Shown here in pieces: positions 48,308-60,475 of a stretch of DNA of 64,000 bases (the stretch's first letter is position 1; each line of letters begins with the position of its first letter). Both the position numbers and the translations under genes were made by a program. This DNA comes from the human T2T-CHM13v2.0 reference genome, Homo sapiens. The DNA lies in NCBI RefSeq assembly GCF_009914755.1, contig NC_060927.1; one strand, written 5' to 3'. A model generated the notes under the pieces. That model saw nothing but the letters and a program-made list of their open reading frames with translations. It did no database searches and had not been told where the DNA came from.

Positions 48308-51025
48308 GGGAATGGGAAGGTGACCAACTAGGTGCAGCCTGGAAGTTCCACTCCCAGGGAGAAAGACCAGGATTTCAACTCAACTAACATAATTTGAACA
48401 AATCATTGGAGAGAAAATGCCAAATGTGGCAGATGCTGAAGCTGAAGAGGAAGAAGTTATGAACAACATATGAGGTCCCTGAATGCCAAGGCTGGTTCTC
48501 ACTCTGAATGGCTTCTGGGGAAGGGGTGAGTGAAGGGACTGAGGGACTTCCTACTCTTGCTGCGGGCCTCTGGGTTCTTAGCTTCAGGGAACCCCACGCT
48601 GCCCACAGATATTTGAGCTGATGTGGGGGATCTCCCCAGAGATTTGGCAGAAACAGAGCTACAGCAGGCAGGTAGCTGGGGATCTTTGTGTTGAGGACAG
48701 CTCCAGGGAGACTGGCCATAAGTGCACATTCCCCAAGTTTACCTATCTTCCTGAGAGCCTCTGGCCCCAGCTAACTGCCAGGGAAAAAGCAATGCTGGCT
48801 TCTCCGTGGGCCTAGGGCATGTCTGTTCTGCAGTCCTACCTGCCCACCAGCACTCCCCAGGCTCCTGCCTGAATGCCACACAGAACTGTGTTCACAGCAC
48901 AACCCTGCTGCCCATCCTGGGTGCTTTGTTCCATCTGAGTGCTTTCTCGTAGCCCAGGAGCACTTCAGATCTTGCAGCACACCCAGAATCCTCAAAGAGG
49001 GAACCACAAAGAGGTCCTGGTATCCCAGGGCTGCAGCCCATGGCTCAGGAGTGCTAAGCAGGGATCTATGCCTGGCACTTACAGAGGAGGAGCCCACACT
49101 CAGAAAACTGAGAGAAATGAGCCTCATAGGTTTGCAAGCTGATGTAGACCTAGGCGTGCTTCCTTCCACAAGGCTTCCACACCACTAAGAATCCTAAAGA
49201 CTCTGACAAAATGCTCTGAGAACTGATAAAAAACTTTAGTAAAGTTTCAGAATATAAAAATCAATGAGCAAAATTCAGTAGTATTTCTATACACAAATGA
49301 TGGCTGGGCTTAGAGTGAAAATAAGAACACAATTACATTTATAATAGCCACAAAAGAAACTGAGACACCAAGGAATACAGCTTATCAAGGAGGTGAAATA
49401 TCTCTACAAAGACTAAAAAACACTCCTGAAAGAAATCAAAAATGACAGAAATAAATAGAAAAACATTCCATGCTCATACAATGGAAGAATCATTATTGTA
49501 AAAATGGCCATACTACCCAAAGCAATTTAAAGATTAAATGCTATTCCTATCAAACTACTAATGTTATTTTTCACAGAATTTGAAAATAATTATCTTAAAA
49601 TTCATGTGGAAAAAAAAGAGCCTGAATAGACAAAGCAATCCTAAGCAAAAAGAACAATGCTGGAGGCATCATACTACCTGACTTCAAACTACACTATAAA
49701 GCTATGATAACCAAAACAACATGGTACTCCTACAAAAACAGGCACATAGACCAATGGAACAGAATTTGAAACTCAGAAATGAAGCTGCACAGCTGAATAG
49801 CTGTATGCAGAAGATTGAAGCTGAATCCCTACCTTCCACCATATACAAAAAGTAACTTGAAATGGATCAAAGATTGAAACATAAGACCTCAAACTGTTAA
49901 AATCCTAGAAGACAACCAAGGAAATACTCTTTTCAACATCAGCATTGGCAAATAATTTTTGGCTAAGTCCTCAAAAGTAATTGTAACAAAAACGAAGATA
50001 GTGAAGTGAGACCTAATTAAGCTAAAGAGTTTCTGAACAGCAAAAGAAACTATCAACAGAGTAAACAGACAACCCATAGAACAGAAGAGAATTGCAAACT
50101 ATGCATCCAACAAAGGCCTAATATCTGGAATCTACAGGGAAATTATATAAATCAACAAGAAAAAAAAATAACCCCCTTAAAAAAAGAGCAAAGGAGCTGA
50201 ACAGGCAGTTTTCAAAAGATGACATACAAGCAGCTAACAAACATATGAAAAACTGCTCAGCATCATTAAACACCAAAGAAATACACATCAAAACCACAAT
50301 GGAATACCATCTCACAGTAAACAAAATGACTATTATTAAAATGTTAAAAAACAGCAGATGCTGGTAAGGCTCCAGAGAAAAGGGAACACTTATATTCTGT
50401 TGGTAAGAATGTAAATTAGTTCAGTCACTGTGGAAAACAGTTCAGAGATTTCTCCAAGGAACTTTAAACAGGGCTACCATTCAGCCTAACAATCCCAATG
50501 CTGGGTATATACCCAAAGAAAAATAAATCATTCTTCCAAAAAGACACATGCACTCATATGTTCATTGCCACACTATTTATAATAGCAAAGAACATGGAAT
50601 CAACTCGTGCCCATCAATTGTAGATTGGATAAAGAAAATGTGGTACAAATGCACCATGGAATACTACACAACCATAAAAAAAGAATGAAATCATATTCTT
50701 TGGAGAAACATGGATGCAGGTGGAGGTCATAATTTTAAGTGGACTAATGAAGGAACAGAAAACCAAATATGGTATGTTCTCACTTACAAGTGGGAACTAA
50801 ACACTGAGCACACATGGATGCAAATAAGGGAACAACAGACACTGCAGACTGCTACAGGGTAGAAGGTAAAAGTGGGGAATGAGTTGAAAAACTACCTATC
50901 TGGTATTGTACTCACTACCTGCTTGATGGGATCCATACCCCAAGCCTCAGCATCATGAAATATTCCCATGTAACAAACCTGCACATCTACCCCCGTATCT
51001 AAAATAAAAGTTGAAAATAAATAAA
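48308..51025 (+). mobile_element. L1PREC2/L1PA16-like element with a large internal deletion
   Basis: GC-rich L1P-type 5' UTR 48308-~49188 joined directly to post-RT ORF2 (NPKDS..LLELI..FSKVS), then 3' UTR ending CTAAAATAAAAGTTGAAA. Confidence 0.8.
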
Positions 51026-51478
51026 TTGCTAGCCCCCAAAATAAAATGAATTAAATATTGTTATATTCACTCAATAGAGTATTATACAGCAGTGAAATCA
51101 AATGAACAACATCCATAATATGGACAAAATATCCAAACATAATGTTGAGCAAAAAAAACCAGACACAAAATAACACACACTGATTTACTCCATTTACATA
51201 AAGTTTTAAATAGGCAAGTGTAACTGATTGTGATAACATTTAAAATAGTGATTACCTTTTCTTGATGAGGGGAGAGGAACGTTACGTGGTGCTCTCTTTC
51301 TCAATCTAGGTGACATCTACATGTATGTTCACTTTGTGAAAATTTACTAATGATTTGTGCACTTATATGTAGCATACATAAGGAAAATATATAGTACTTG
51401 CCCCCAAAATCATTTTATAGAAAATAAGTTTTTCTGCAATATATGACTAAATGAAAAAAGTTAGAAACAGCTTGTATA

Positions 51479-52604
51479 TACAGCCAACAATCACTGAAAA
51501 AAAGCTCAACATCACTGATTATTTGAGAAATCAAAATCAAAACCCTAACAAGATAACATCTCACACCAGGCAGAATGGCTACTATTAAAAAGTCAAAAAA
51601 TAACAGATGCTGGCAAGGTGGTGGGGAAAATGGAACACTTATACACTGTTGGTGGGAGTGTAAATTAGTTCAACTGTTGTGGAAGACAGTGTGGCAATTC
51701 GTCAAAGACCTAAAGACAGGCATTCCATTCAACATCTGGGTATATACTCAAAGGAATATAAATCGTTCTATTACAAAGACACATGCACATGTATGTTAAC
51801 TGCAGAGCTATTTACAATAGCAAAGACATGGAATCAACCTAAATGCCCATCAATGATAGACTAGATAAAGAAAATGTGGTATACATACAACATAGAATAC
51901 CATGCAGCCATAAAAAGAACGAGATCATGTCCTTTGCAGGGACATGGATGGAGCTGGAGATCATTATCCTTAGCAAACTAACACAGAAACAGAAAACCAA
52001 ATACTGGACCGAGCGAGGTGGCTCACACCTGTAATCCCAGTACTTTGCCTGTAATCCCAGCACTTTGGGAGGCCGAGGCGGGCAGATCACGAGGTCAGGA
52101 GATCGAGACCATCCTGGCTAACACGGTGAAACCCCTGTCTCTACCAAAAATACAAAAAATTAGCCGGGCGTGGTAGCGGACTCCTGTAGTCCCAGCTACT
52201 CAGGAGGCTGAGGCAGGAGAATGGCGTGAACCCGGGACGCGGAGCTTGCAATGAGCCGAGATCGCGCCATTGCACGCCAGCCCAGGCGACAAAGCAAGAC
52301 TCCGTCAAAACAAACAAACAACAAGAACAACAAAAAACAAATACTGCATGTTCTCACTTATAAGTGGGAGCTAAATGATGAGAACACATGGACACAGAGA
52401 GGAACAACACACACTGGGGTCCATCACAGGCTGGATGGTAGAAGGAGGGAGAAGATCAGGAAAAATAACTAATGGATACCAGGCTTAATACTGGGGTGAT
52501 GAAATAACCTGTACGAAAAACTCCCATGACACACGTCTACCTATGTAACAAACCTGCACTTGCTGCACATGTACCCCTGAACTGAAAAGTTTAAAAAAAA
52601 AAAA
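51479..52604 (+). mobile_element. 5'-truncated L1PA12/13
   Basis: GATCAGGAAAAATAACTAATGG 3' UTR; 16-bp TSD AGAAACAGC(T/A)T(G/C)TATA. Confidence 0.87.
52007..52332 (+). mobile_element. AluY nested in L1PA12/13
   Basis: AluY diagnostics; TSD AAAA(C/A)CAAATACTG; internal 20-bp tandem duplication. Confidence 0.92.
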
Positions 52605-52895
52605 AGAAACAGCATCTATACTCTGATTCTAATTTGATGAAAAACACATATATAGATGTAGATATAGATTGTATATAGGTAGGGGTAAAGGTTAAATATA
52701 AATGTAGATGATATATTTATTGATATAGTAAAAACAACTGGAGGCACACATACTAAATTATTAATAGTTTTTATCTCTAGGTAATGAATAACTACTATAA
52801 CTACTAATTTCATTACTTTGTTCTTTTCTGTTTTTCAATGTATTTTCTTTCAAATTTCTAAAATAAATTATAAAGTAAAGAAAAAAATTATAATG

Positions 52896-53310
52896 TAAAG
52901 ATAAAAGCTCTGAACAGTTGGAAATTAAACAACACACTACTAAATAATATATGGATCAAAGAGGAAGACTTTGGAGAAAATAGAAAATATCTTAAACTGA
53001 ACGATAAAGTTCAACACATAAAAATTTGTGAAATAACAATAAAGCAAGCCTTAGAGGGAAATTTATAGCATCAAATAATTATATTAGAAAGAAGAAAGGT
53101 TTTGAATCAATAACCTAAGCTTTCATGTTAAGGAAAAAGGAGAAAAACAAACCCAAGGCAAGCAGAATAAAAGGAAACAATAAATATAACAGATATCAAT
53201 AAAATGGAGAACAAAATACAATAGAGAATATTAGTGGAACCAAAATCTGGTTCTTTGAAAAGACAAAGTTGAAAAACCTTTAGCAAGCTTGACAAAGAAA
53301 AAAAAGATGC
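52896..53310 (+). mobile_element. Continuation of the host L1M ORF2
   Basis: TGGAAATTAAACAACACACTACTAAATAAT (WKLNNTLLNN) follows on from the LEINN-like sequence ending at 48306. Confidence 0.8.
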
Positions 53311-53324
53311 ATGAATTAATATTT

Positions 53325-53440
53325 TTTATTTATTATTTCTTTTTAGAGACACAGTCTCACTCTCTTGCATCAGGCTGGAGTATACTGGCACAGTCACCTC
53401 ACTACAGCATTAAAGTTTTGGGGTCAAGCAATCCTCCCAT
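53325..53440 (-). mobile_element. Truncated Alu monomer (FLAM/FRAM/AluJ)
   Basis: GAGACACAGTCTCACTCT...TCAAGCAATCCTCCCA; TSD TGAATTAATATTT. Confidence 0.8.
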
Positions 53441-53952
53441 GTGAATTAATATTTAAACAGTATATCCATTAAGGAAATAATGAAATGTCCAGATTCTCAC
53501 AGGTTTGAATTTTAAAACCCACAGATTACATTGTTTAAGAAAAAAATTATTTGAAAATCTTCTCTTGGGTTTTCGATGTTCACCTACAGGAAAAAAAAAA
53601 AAAAAAAAACCTTGTCCTGAGATTCATGTATCCCTCTTGTTTCCAAGTTACATGCTCCCTGAGACCCCTGGGAACAAAACTGGGCAAAGAGTAGATCATT
53701 TCTGTAAGGAGCCCCAGAACCTAAAGGAAAAAGTCTAGATTAGGGGCCAGCGCCACCAGTTAAGGTTAGGTTGATTGTGCCCTGCACAAGGCACTAATCA
53801 AAGAGCAGTGGATAGGAGCTGAAATTCAGAACAAGTTCACTCAACTTTCCATTGTCTGTATACACCCAGAGGGCGAAAAAAAAAAAAACCTTTTACCTAA
53901 GTCTCACAAGAGTGCCACTTAGTCACCAAGCCAATGAGGAAGTTCCTTTCTA

Positions 53953-54018
53953 TTAGGTTGGTGCAAAAGTAATTGTGGTTTTGCCATTAAAACCGCAATT
54001 ACTTTTGCACCAAGCTAA
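53953..54018. mobile_element. MADE1 (Hsmar1 MITE), miR-548-type hairpin
   Basis: 30-bp TIRs TTAGGTTGGTGCAAAAGTAATTGTGGTTTT / AAAACCGCAATTACTTTTGCACCAAGCTAA; TA TSD. Confidence 0.95.
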
Positions 54019-54020
54019 TA

Positions 54021-54950
54021 TTTCCAATTTGTTGAGTGGCTTCATCATGAAATAGTGTTGGATTTTGTCAAATTGTCTTTTTTTCCACTTCCATTGAAAT
54101 GATCGTGTGGGTTTCATCCTTTATTTCATTGATTTAGTGCATTGTATTGGTTGATCTTTGTATGTTGAACCAACATTGCATTTATAGAATAAGTCTAACT
54201 TATTCATTATTTATATATTTATATGCATGCAGAATTAGGTTTGCTAGTATTTCTGAGTCTTTCTACATTAATGTTTTTAAGATAAGTTTTTTCAGAGTTT
54301 TTTTCTCCTGTGATGTCTTTGTCTGGTTTGATATCTAAATAATAACGGCCTCACAGAAGAGTTGGGAAATGTTGTCTCCTCTTCTGTTCTTTGGAAGAGT
54401 TTGAGAAGCATAGGTGTTGATTCTTTTTTCTATCTGGTAGAAATCACCACTGAAGCAATCTTGACCTAGTCTTTTCTTTGTGAGAAGTTTATTATTTTTA
54501 AATTTCTAATTCTACCTCTTTAATAGTTATAAATCTATTCAGATGTTCTACTTATTCTTGAATCAGTTTCGGTAATTTGTGATTTTCTTTCCTATTATTT
54601 CAGAGAATAAGATTTTGGTTTTGTTGATTCTCTTTACTATTTTTCTTTTCTCCATTTTATTTACTTTCACTCTAATCTTTATTATTTCCCTCTTTCTGCT
54701 TGTTATGAGCTTCATTTGCTCTTATTTTTCTCTTTTCTTAAGATGAAAATATTATAGTACTGGATTGAAAACTTTATTGTTTTGTAATATAGGTGACAAG
54801 AGCCTGAAATACCTCTGTAAGCACAGCTTTATCCACATTCTATAAGTTTTGGATTTATTTTTATTCACCTCAAAGTATTTTCTCACTTTTATTGGGTTTT
54901 TTTTTTTGACCCATTGATGATTTGGGACAATGCTATTTTATTTCCATAGA
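54021..54950 (-). mobile_element. L1M ORF2 fragment
   Basis: GTGTTGGATTTTGTCAAAT...TTTGGAAGAGTTTGAGAAG antisense ORF2. Confidence 0.75.
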
Positions 54951-55254
54951 ATTTGAACGGCTCCAGTATATATCTGAAATTCCAGAAGGGCATACACATG
55001 TACAGGACTTGAGCATGCCTAGGAAATATCTGAGAAGGCCATACTCACACCTCTAGCTTGAGATTCTGCACAATCCAGAAGTAAACGCTGATGCAGAGTT
55101 TTAAAGTACCCAAGTGTTAAAGGCATGCCCCAACACACATAAGAAGCCTTCAGTAAAGGCTGGGATACTTACTGATTCATGGCATTTAAAAACCTGTGTC
55201 TGATCATTAGCTGACCACTACGTTAAACAAGCAGAGACTTCTGTGAATGCATAT

Positions 55255-56782
55255 TGAAAGGTGACAACATGCTGGCGGCCCTCGCTCGCTCTCAGCGCCT
55301 CCTCTGCTTGGATGTCTGCTCTGGCCACACTTGAAGAGCCCTTCAGCCCACCGCTGCACTATGGGAGCCCCTCTCTGGGCTGGCCGAGGCTGGAGCCCGC
55401 TCCATCTGCTTCCAGGGAGGTGTGGAGGGAGAGGCGGGGGCGGGAACCCAGGCTGTGCTCTGTGCTCACAGGGCCAGCACAAGTTCTGGGTGGGCGCGTG
55501 CTCTGCCAGCTGGCACTCGGAGCAGCTGGCCAGTGCCACCGCCTGGGGCAGTGAGGGACTTAGCAGCTGGGCCAGCAGCTGCAGAGGGGGCACTGGGTCC
55601 CCCAACACTGCCAGCCCCCCAGCGCCGGGCTCGAATTCTCCCCCCGCCTCAGCCACCTTCCCATGGGGCAGGGCTCGGGACCTGCAGCCTGCCATGCCCA
55701 ACCTCCCTGGTGGTGGACGAGCCTCCCCGAAGGGCGCCACCCCCTGCTCCACAGCGCCCGGTCCCAATGACCACCCAAGGGCTGAGGAGTGCAGGTGTGC
55801 AGCGCTGCGGGACTGGCGAGCAGCTCCGCCCGTGGCCCTGGCTCAGGATCCACTAGGGGAAGCCAGCTGGGCTCCTGAGTCAGGTGGGGACTGGAGAAAT
55901 TTTATGTCTAGCCAGAGGATTATATATGCACCAATCAGCACTCTGTGTCTAGCTCCGGGTTTGTGGATGCACCAATCAGCATCTGTACCTAGCTATCTGG
56001 TGGGGACTTCGAGAACTTTTAAGTCTAGCTAAAGGATTGTAAATACACCAGTCAGCACCCTGTGTCTAGCTCAAGGTTTGTAAACGCACCAATCAGCACC
56101 CTGTGTCTAGCGAGAGGTTTGTAAACGCACCAATCAGTGCTCTATGTCTAGCTCAGGGATTGTAAATACACCAATCAGCACCCTGTGTGTAGCTCAAGGT
56201 TTGTAAACACACCAATCAGTACTCTGTGTCTAGTTAATCTAGTGGGGACTTGGAGAACTTTTAGGTCTAGCTAGAGGATTGTAAATACACCAATCAGCAC
56301 TCTGTGTCTAGCTCAGGCATTGTAAATGCACCAATCAGCACCCTGTCAAAACAGACCAATCAGCTCTCTGTAAAACGGACCAATCGCCTCTCTGTAAAAT
56401 GGGCCAATCAGCAGGATGTGGGTGGGGTCAGATAAGGGAATGAAAACAGGCTGCCTGAGCCAGCAGCAGCAACGCCTGGGGTCCCCTTCCACACCTCAGA
56501 AGCTTTGTTCTTTTGATCTTTGCAATAAATCTTGCTGCTGCTCACTCTGTGGGTCCGCACTGCCTTTACGAGCTGTAACACTCACCGCAAAGGTCTGCAG
56601 TTTCACTCCTGAAGCCAGCGAGACCACGAACCCACCAGAAGGAAGAAACTCTGAACACGTCCGAACATCAGAAGGAACAAATTCCAGGCACACCACCTTT
56701 AAGAACTGTAACACTCACTGCGAGGGTGTGTGGCTTCATTCTTGAAGTCAGTGAGACCAAGAACCCACCAATTCCAGACACA
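55255..56782 (+). mobile_element. LTR12-family (HERV9) solo LTR, 1528 bp (LTR12C/D/E-like)
   Basis: TGAAAGGTGACAAC...CCAATTCCAGACACA; perfect 4-bp TSD ATAT; GC-rich U3; tandem CCAAT units. Confidence 0.95.
55925..56445 (+). promoter_or_regulatory. LTR12 NF-Y (CCAAT) array / GATA promoter-enhancer
   Basis: 11 intact CCAATC motifs counted, mostly in ~40-bp units; GATAAG at 56431. Confidence 0.75.
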
Positions 56783-57805
56783 ATATGACAGTGAATAGGG
56801 AGCTGAGTGAAGCATTCAAGGAAAGTCACTAAACAAACAGCAACAATAGTAACAAATAGCAGCAACAGTAAACCCTGAGTGGAGGAAATCTCTTTTTGGT
56901 AGTTAGCACATTATATTATTTAAAATCTCCAGTTCTCCACAAAAAATATGACACATGCAAAGAAAAAGGAAATATTGCTCATATATGGATATAAAAAAGC
57001 GGTCAGTGGAAACTGCTCAGATGTTGGACTTAGTAAAGACTTTAACTCTGCTATTATAACTATAACAAAAATTAAAGGATATGGTGTCTGAAGAATTTGA
57101 AAAGTATAAAAAAAGTCTCACCAACAAAGTATAAATAACAATATAAAAATTATAGAAAATAATCAAATAGAAATTCTGGAACTGAAAAGTATAATAACTG
57201 AAATAAAAAATTTGCTAGCAAGGCCCAATAACAGATTTGAACTCCCATAAGAATCAGTGAAACTGAAGGTAAGTCAATTGTTTTTCAATGTTTAAAACTA
57301 TTTCCATTTTTTTAAGTTTTGTTTTTGTTTTGTGGTGGTTTGTTTTTTTTCAACCTCTTGCTAACCTCAAGTGGCTCTGGGTAAGGTCAAGTAAAGACAC
57401 GTCCTGGTAAATATAATACAGTACTGTATTTTAGAGGGTCTCCTCCAGGATGCTGCTAGATAGGTCAAGTAGTGACAATTCTTTGGGGATGAAGTTTGGA
57501 GATATTCCAAAGTCGTCTTACCCCTTTTCATGGCTGCTAATCTGATTGTTTTTACAGCTACTGTGTTTGCAAGCCTGTTCAATTCCAAGCCTAATAAAGA
57601 GATGAGGAGAGGGAGATGGGAAATGAGCAAGTTAAAATGCCAAGGAGCTCACTGTTCTTAGAGATTCAGCTACAAAAAAAAAAAAAAAAAAAAAAAGTCT
57701 TGGATTGTTGTAAGCCTTTCATTAATTTCCAGAGTTCTGAAACGTTGATTTTGACAAGTTTTACAATGATATGGAGGAATCAGATTTTCAAAAATCCTTA
57801 CTCAC

Positions 57806-57902
57806 CATTCCAGCAGGGCTTCTCTTCAAGTATAAGATTTTTGATAGAATGATTGGAAGTATTCTTTCCAAAGGAATGTCTCTCAATAAAGATGATGGGA
57901 TT
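57806..57902 (-). other. Candidate internal exon (97 nt)
   Basis: Minus strand: long poly(T)-GCCATTTCCAG| acceptor and ATG|GTGAGT donor. Confidence 0.38.
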
Positions 57903-58239
57903 CTGGAAATGGCAAAAAAAAAAAAAAAAAAATAGAAAGCTGTCATGGGATTGAAGCCAATTCAGAGGGAAGCAGTGCAGGAGATGAATTGAGGTCAAGA
58001 GATGGAGGCTGGAAGACATTATTCAAAGACTGAATTTAATCTTATCTGAAGTCAGCATCCTACTGAACTTTTAATTTTTATAATCACTAAATTTCACTTT
58101 TCATAAGCCAATTTGAGTCATTTCTGTTACCAGAAAACAAGAGTTCCAATGGATATAACATTATATTTTATAGTGTCTCCTAAGAACACAGGTGAATCAA
58201 AATCAAATCAACTCAGCGATAATCTATCATGTGAGATAC

Positions 58240-58650
58240 CTGATGGCTCTCCTATCTTTACTTTAATTGGGCGGAATGGATATCAATTTGGGAAAACACT
58301 AAAGACTGACGTTAAAGTCAAGGAAATAGGTAAGATAGTCAAGGAAAAAATGTAGAGAAAAAAGCAAAGGTTAAACAAAACCTTGAGAAATGCCTATACT
58401 AAGTTTTAGAAGAAAGGAGAGAACCGAAAGATAATAGAGAAGGAACAAGAACATATGGAAAACAAAAGTTGGGGAGAGTTTCAATGTGAGCAACAATATT
58501 AAATGTTAATGTTGGTCAGATTAATGGCCAGGGAAGAAGCCATTCACTTTGTAGATAAAGGGCACAGTAACTTCTGCTAGAGTAATTTCAGTAAAAGAAG
58601 AAAAGCTACTTTGGAAGAAGGAAAATATAAACCTTGAGAATTTCACTGAA
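58240..58650 (-). mobile_element. L2 fragment
   Basis: CCTTGAGAAATGCCTATACTAAG...GAGAGTTTCAA...AGAGTAATTTCAGT. Confidence 0.55.
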
Positions 58651-59829
58651 TAAAGACGGATACCAGAGCCCAAAGCAGCATGTTTGACTCTCAATAGCTA
58701 TTTGACCTCTGGATCACATTGTTCCCCCAGCATATCTGATTAAAATAAAGTAACTGAAAAGAATGCACAGGACAATGCAATATCTTCTAATAAGCTAGCC
58801 ATTTATCTACTTCAGCAAAAATCCAAAATTGGGACCATAAACACAATAAAAGAAAATGGTCTGGTTTCCAAGCATAACACTTTTAACATATCTTACAGAG
58901 AGAAAAACTCATTTAGTTTTATTTAATGTTACTCTGACTGGCATTATCCAAGACATAAGTGAATGACTTTGAAGTTTGAAGGAAAAATGGAAATATCGAT
59001 ATGAAAGAGCTAGAATGACAAATGTGTGAGAAAGAATGCTATAAACTCCAGTACTCATGAATTAGGAGGAACAAAGGCATGTGGTCGAGCAAACTGAGAG
59101 GTGGTGAGGCATGGACAGCAGATGTAAGCTGGATATCATTTCACGTCCCTTTGCAGCTTCAGAGGAAAAGAGGAGATACAGAAGGATTGTTATGTCACAT
59201 GACTAAACATCTCCCTAAATGCCAGTGGTTAAGAGCAGAAAAATCCACATAATGCTTTGGAATGAGAAGAAAGCACTTTAATAGCAGATTCCACCTCAGA
59301 TGATACATATTAATTCTGAGAGATTGTATAAGAAAAAGAAGACTTGACAGGAACCAACATTGGTTTTGTGAGTTGAAAATTACCAGGAAGACAAGATACA
59401 GAAAAGCTTTGTAAATCAGAACTAGAATTCTTCTGCTCTTCAAATTATAGGTCACAGAAATATTTGATTTAACCAGTCTCTAATGGTGCCAGCCTGTCAG
59501 CCTGAAGACTACTTACATGAGTTTCTTACAATGCAAAATAATAACGCTGTTAAAATTAAAAAGGTTTAAAATGCATTTCCTTTTGATGGGATTAAGAAAG
59601 TCCTAATATTTAGAAAAAGGAAATTAATATTAATTTTCTAAGAAGACTGACTTGCTTTAAATATATTTAAATAACAAAAGAACTACTTTTATCTTTATCT
59701 AAGAATTTAGGAAGGTGAATGGTGTGTGAAAAAATTGGTTTTTAATATTTGCAAGCATTTGATAAATTTTAAGAGGCTGTTTTTCCATGCTCTTTATTAA
59801 TGTCCTTAAAGAATAATAGTAGAGGGTAT

Positions 59830-59955
59830 AAAAATAGAAAGAAGGGAAGAAGGCAGGAAGAAAGGAAAAAAGGAAGAAAAGAAAGAGAGAGAAAGAAAGA
59901 AGGGAGGGAGGAAGGAAGGAAGAAAAGAAAGAGGAAGGAGAAAAAGGAAAAAAAT
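59830..59955. repeat. GA-rich polypurine low-complexity tract
   Basis: Direct reading. Confidence 0.9.
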
Positions 59956-60475
59956 CAACAGAGTGCTTACTTACTTTGCAAAATCTAAATTCATTGTCTG
60001 CTTTAAATATCATTATCATTTCCTTTTAGGAACTCTGATAGAAATCTTTGTTATTTATACTGTATGTGTACAGTGAAATAAAAAGATAATAGAAAATTGT
60101 GTGTACTATAAGGATTAAAAATGTCAAAGCCACTTAACCAGGTTTCCTGCCTTCTGCTTTTTCTGCCTGAGTTAGCTGGCAATAAAAGAATAAACAAGAC
60201 AAATATTGTAAAATTGAATTGAGAGTAACCAATGTGAATAATGCTTTTATCTCAAGACATCTATTACCTGCCTGCCAGTACTATTTATATTAGCAAAGGC
60301 ATTTTTTGTTGTTGTTGTTTTCCAAGTCTCCTTATCTGAGTAATCAACTGCAAATCTCTTTTTCAACTGGGAAACATTGGTCCCTATAAGGACAACTCTT
60401 TCAGGGTATCAGAGTATAACTTAATTACCTAGAAGTGACTTATAAATTATAGTTCTTAGACCCTGTAGCATTGCT

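Larger units (their letters stand above)
51040..52870 (+). mobile_element. L1ME-type 3' fragments (51040-51380 and 51440-52870), interrupted by L1PA12/13
   Basis: AACATAATGTTGAGCAAAAAAAACCAGACACAAAA; CACACATACTAAATTATTAATAGT. Confidence 0.6.
54960..57280 (+). mobile_element. Old L1M 5'/ORF1 fragment interrupted by LTR12
   Basis: ATCAAATAGAAATTCTGGAACTGAAAAGTATAATAACTGAAAT coiled-coil region of ORF1. Confidence 0.65.

Noticed and set aside
55207-56032. Long GC-rich ORFs (186-233 aa)
   Set aside because: They lie within LTR12 U3; stop-poor because of GC content, with no protein motifs
55925-56410. Regular ~40-bp repeats resembling a CRISPR array
   Set aside because: Tandem LTR12 CCAAT units without unique spacers; human DNA with no cas genes
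59699-60019. Phe/Ser-rich and Lys/Arg/Glu-rich ORFs
   Set aside because: Translations of a GA-rich low-complexity tract
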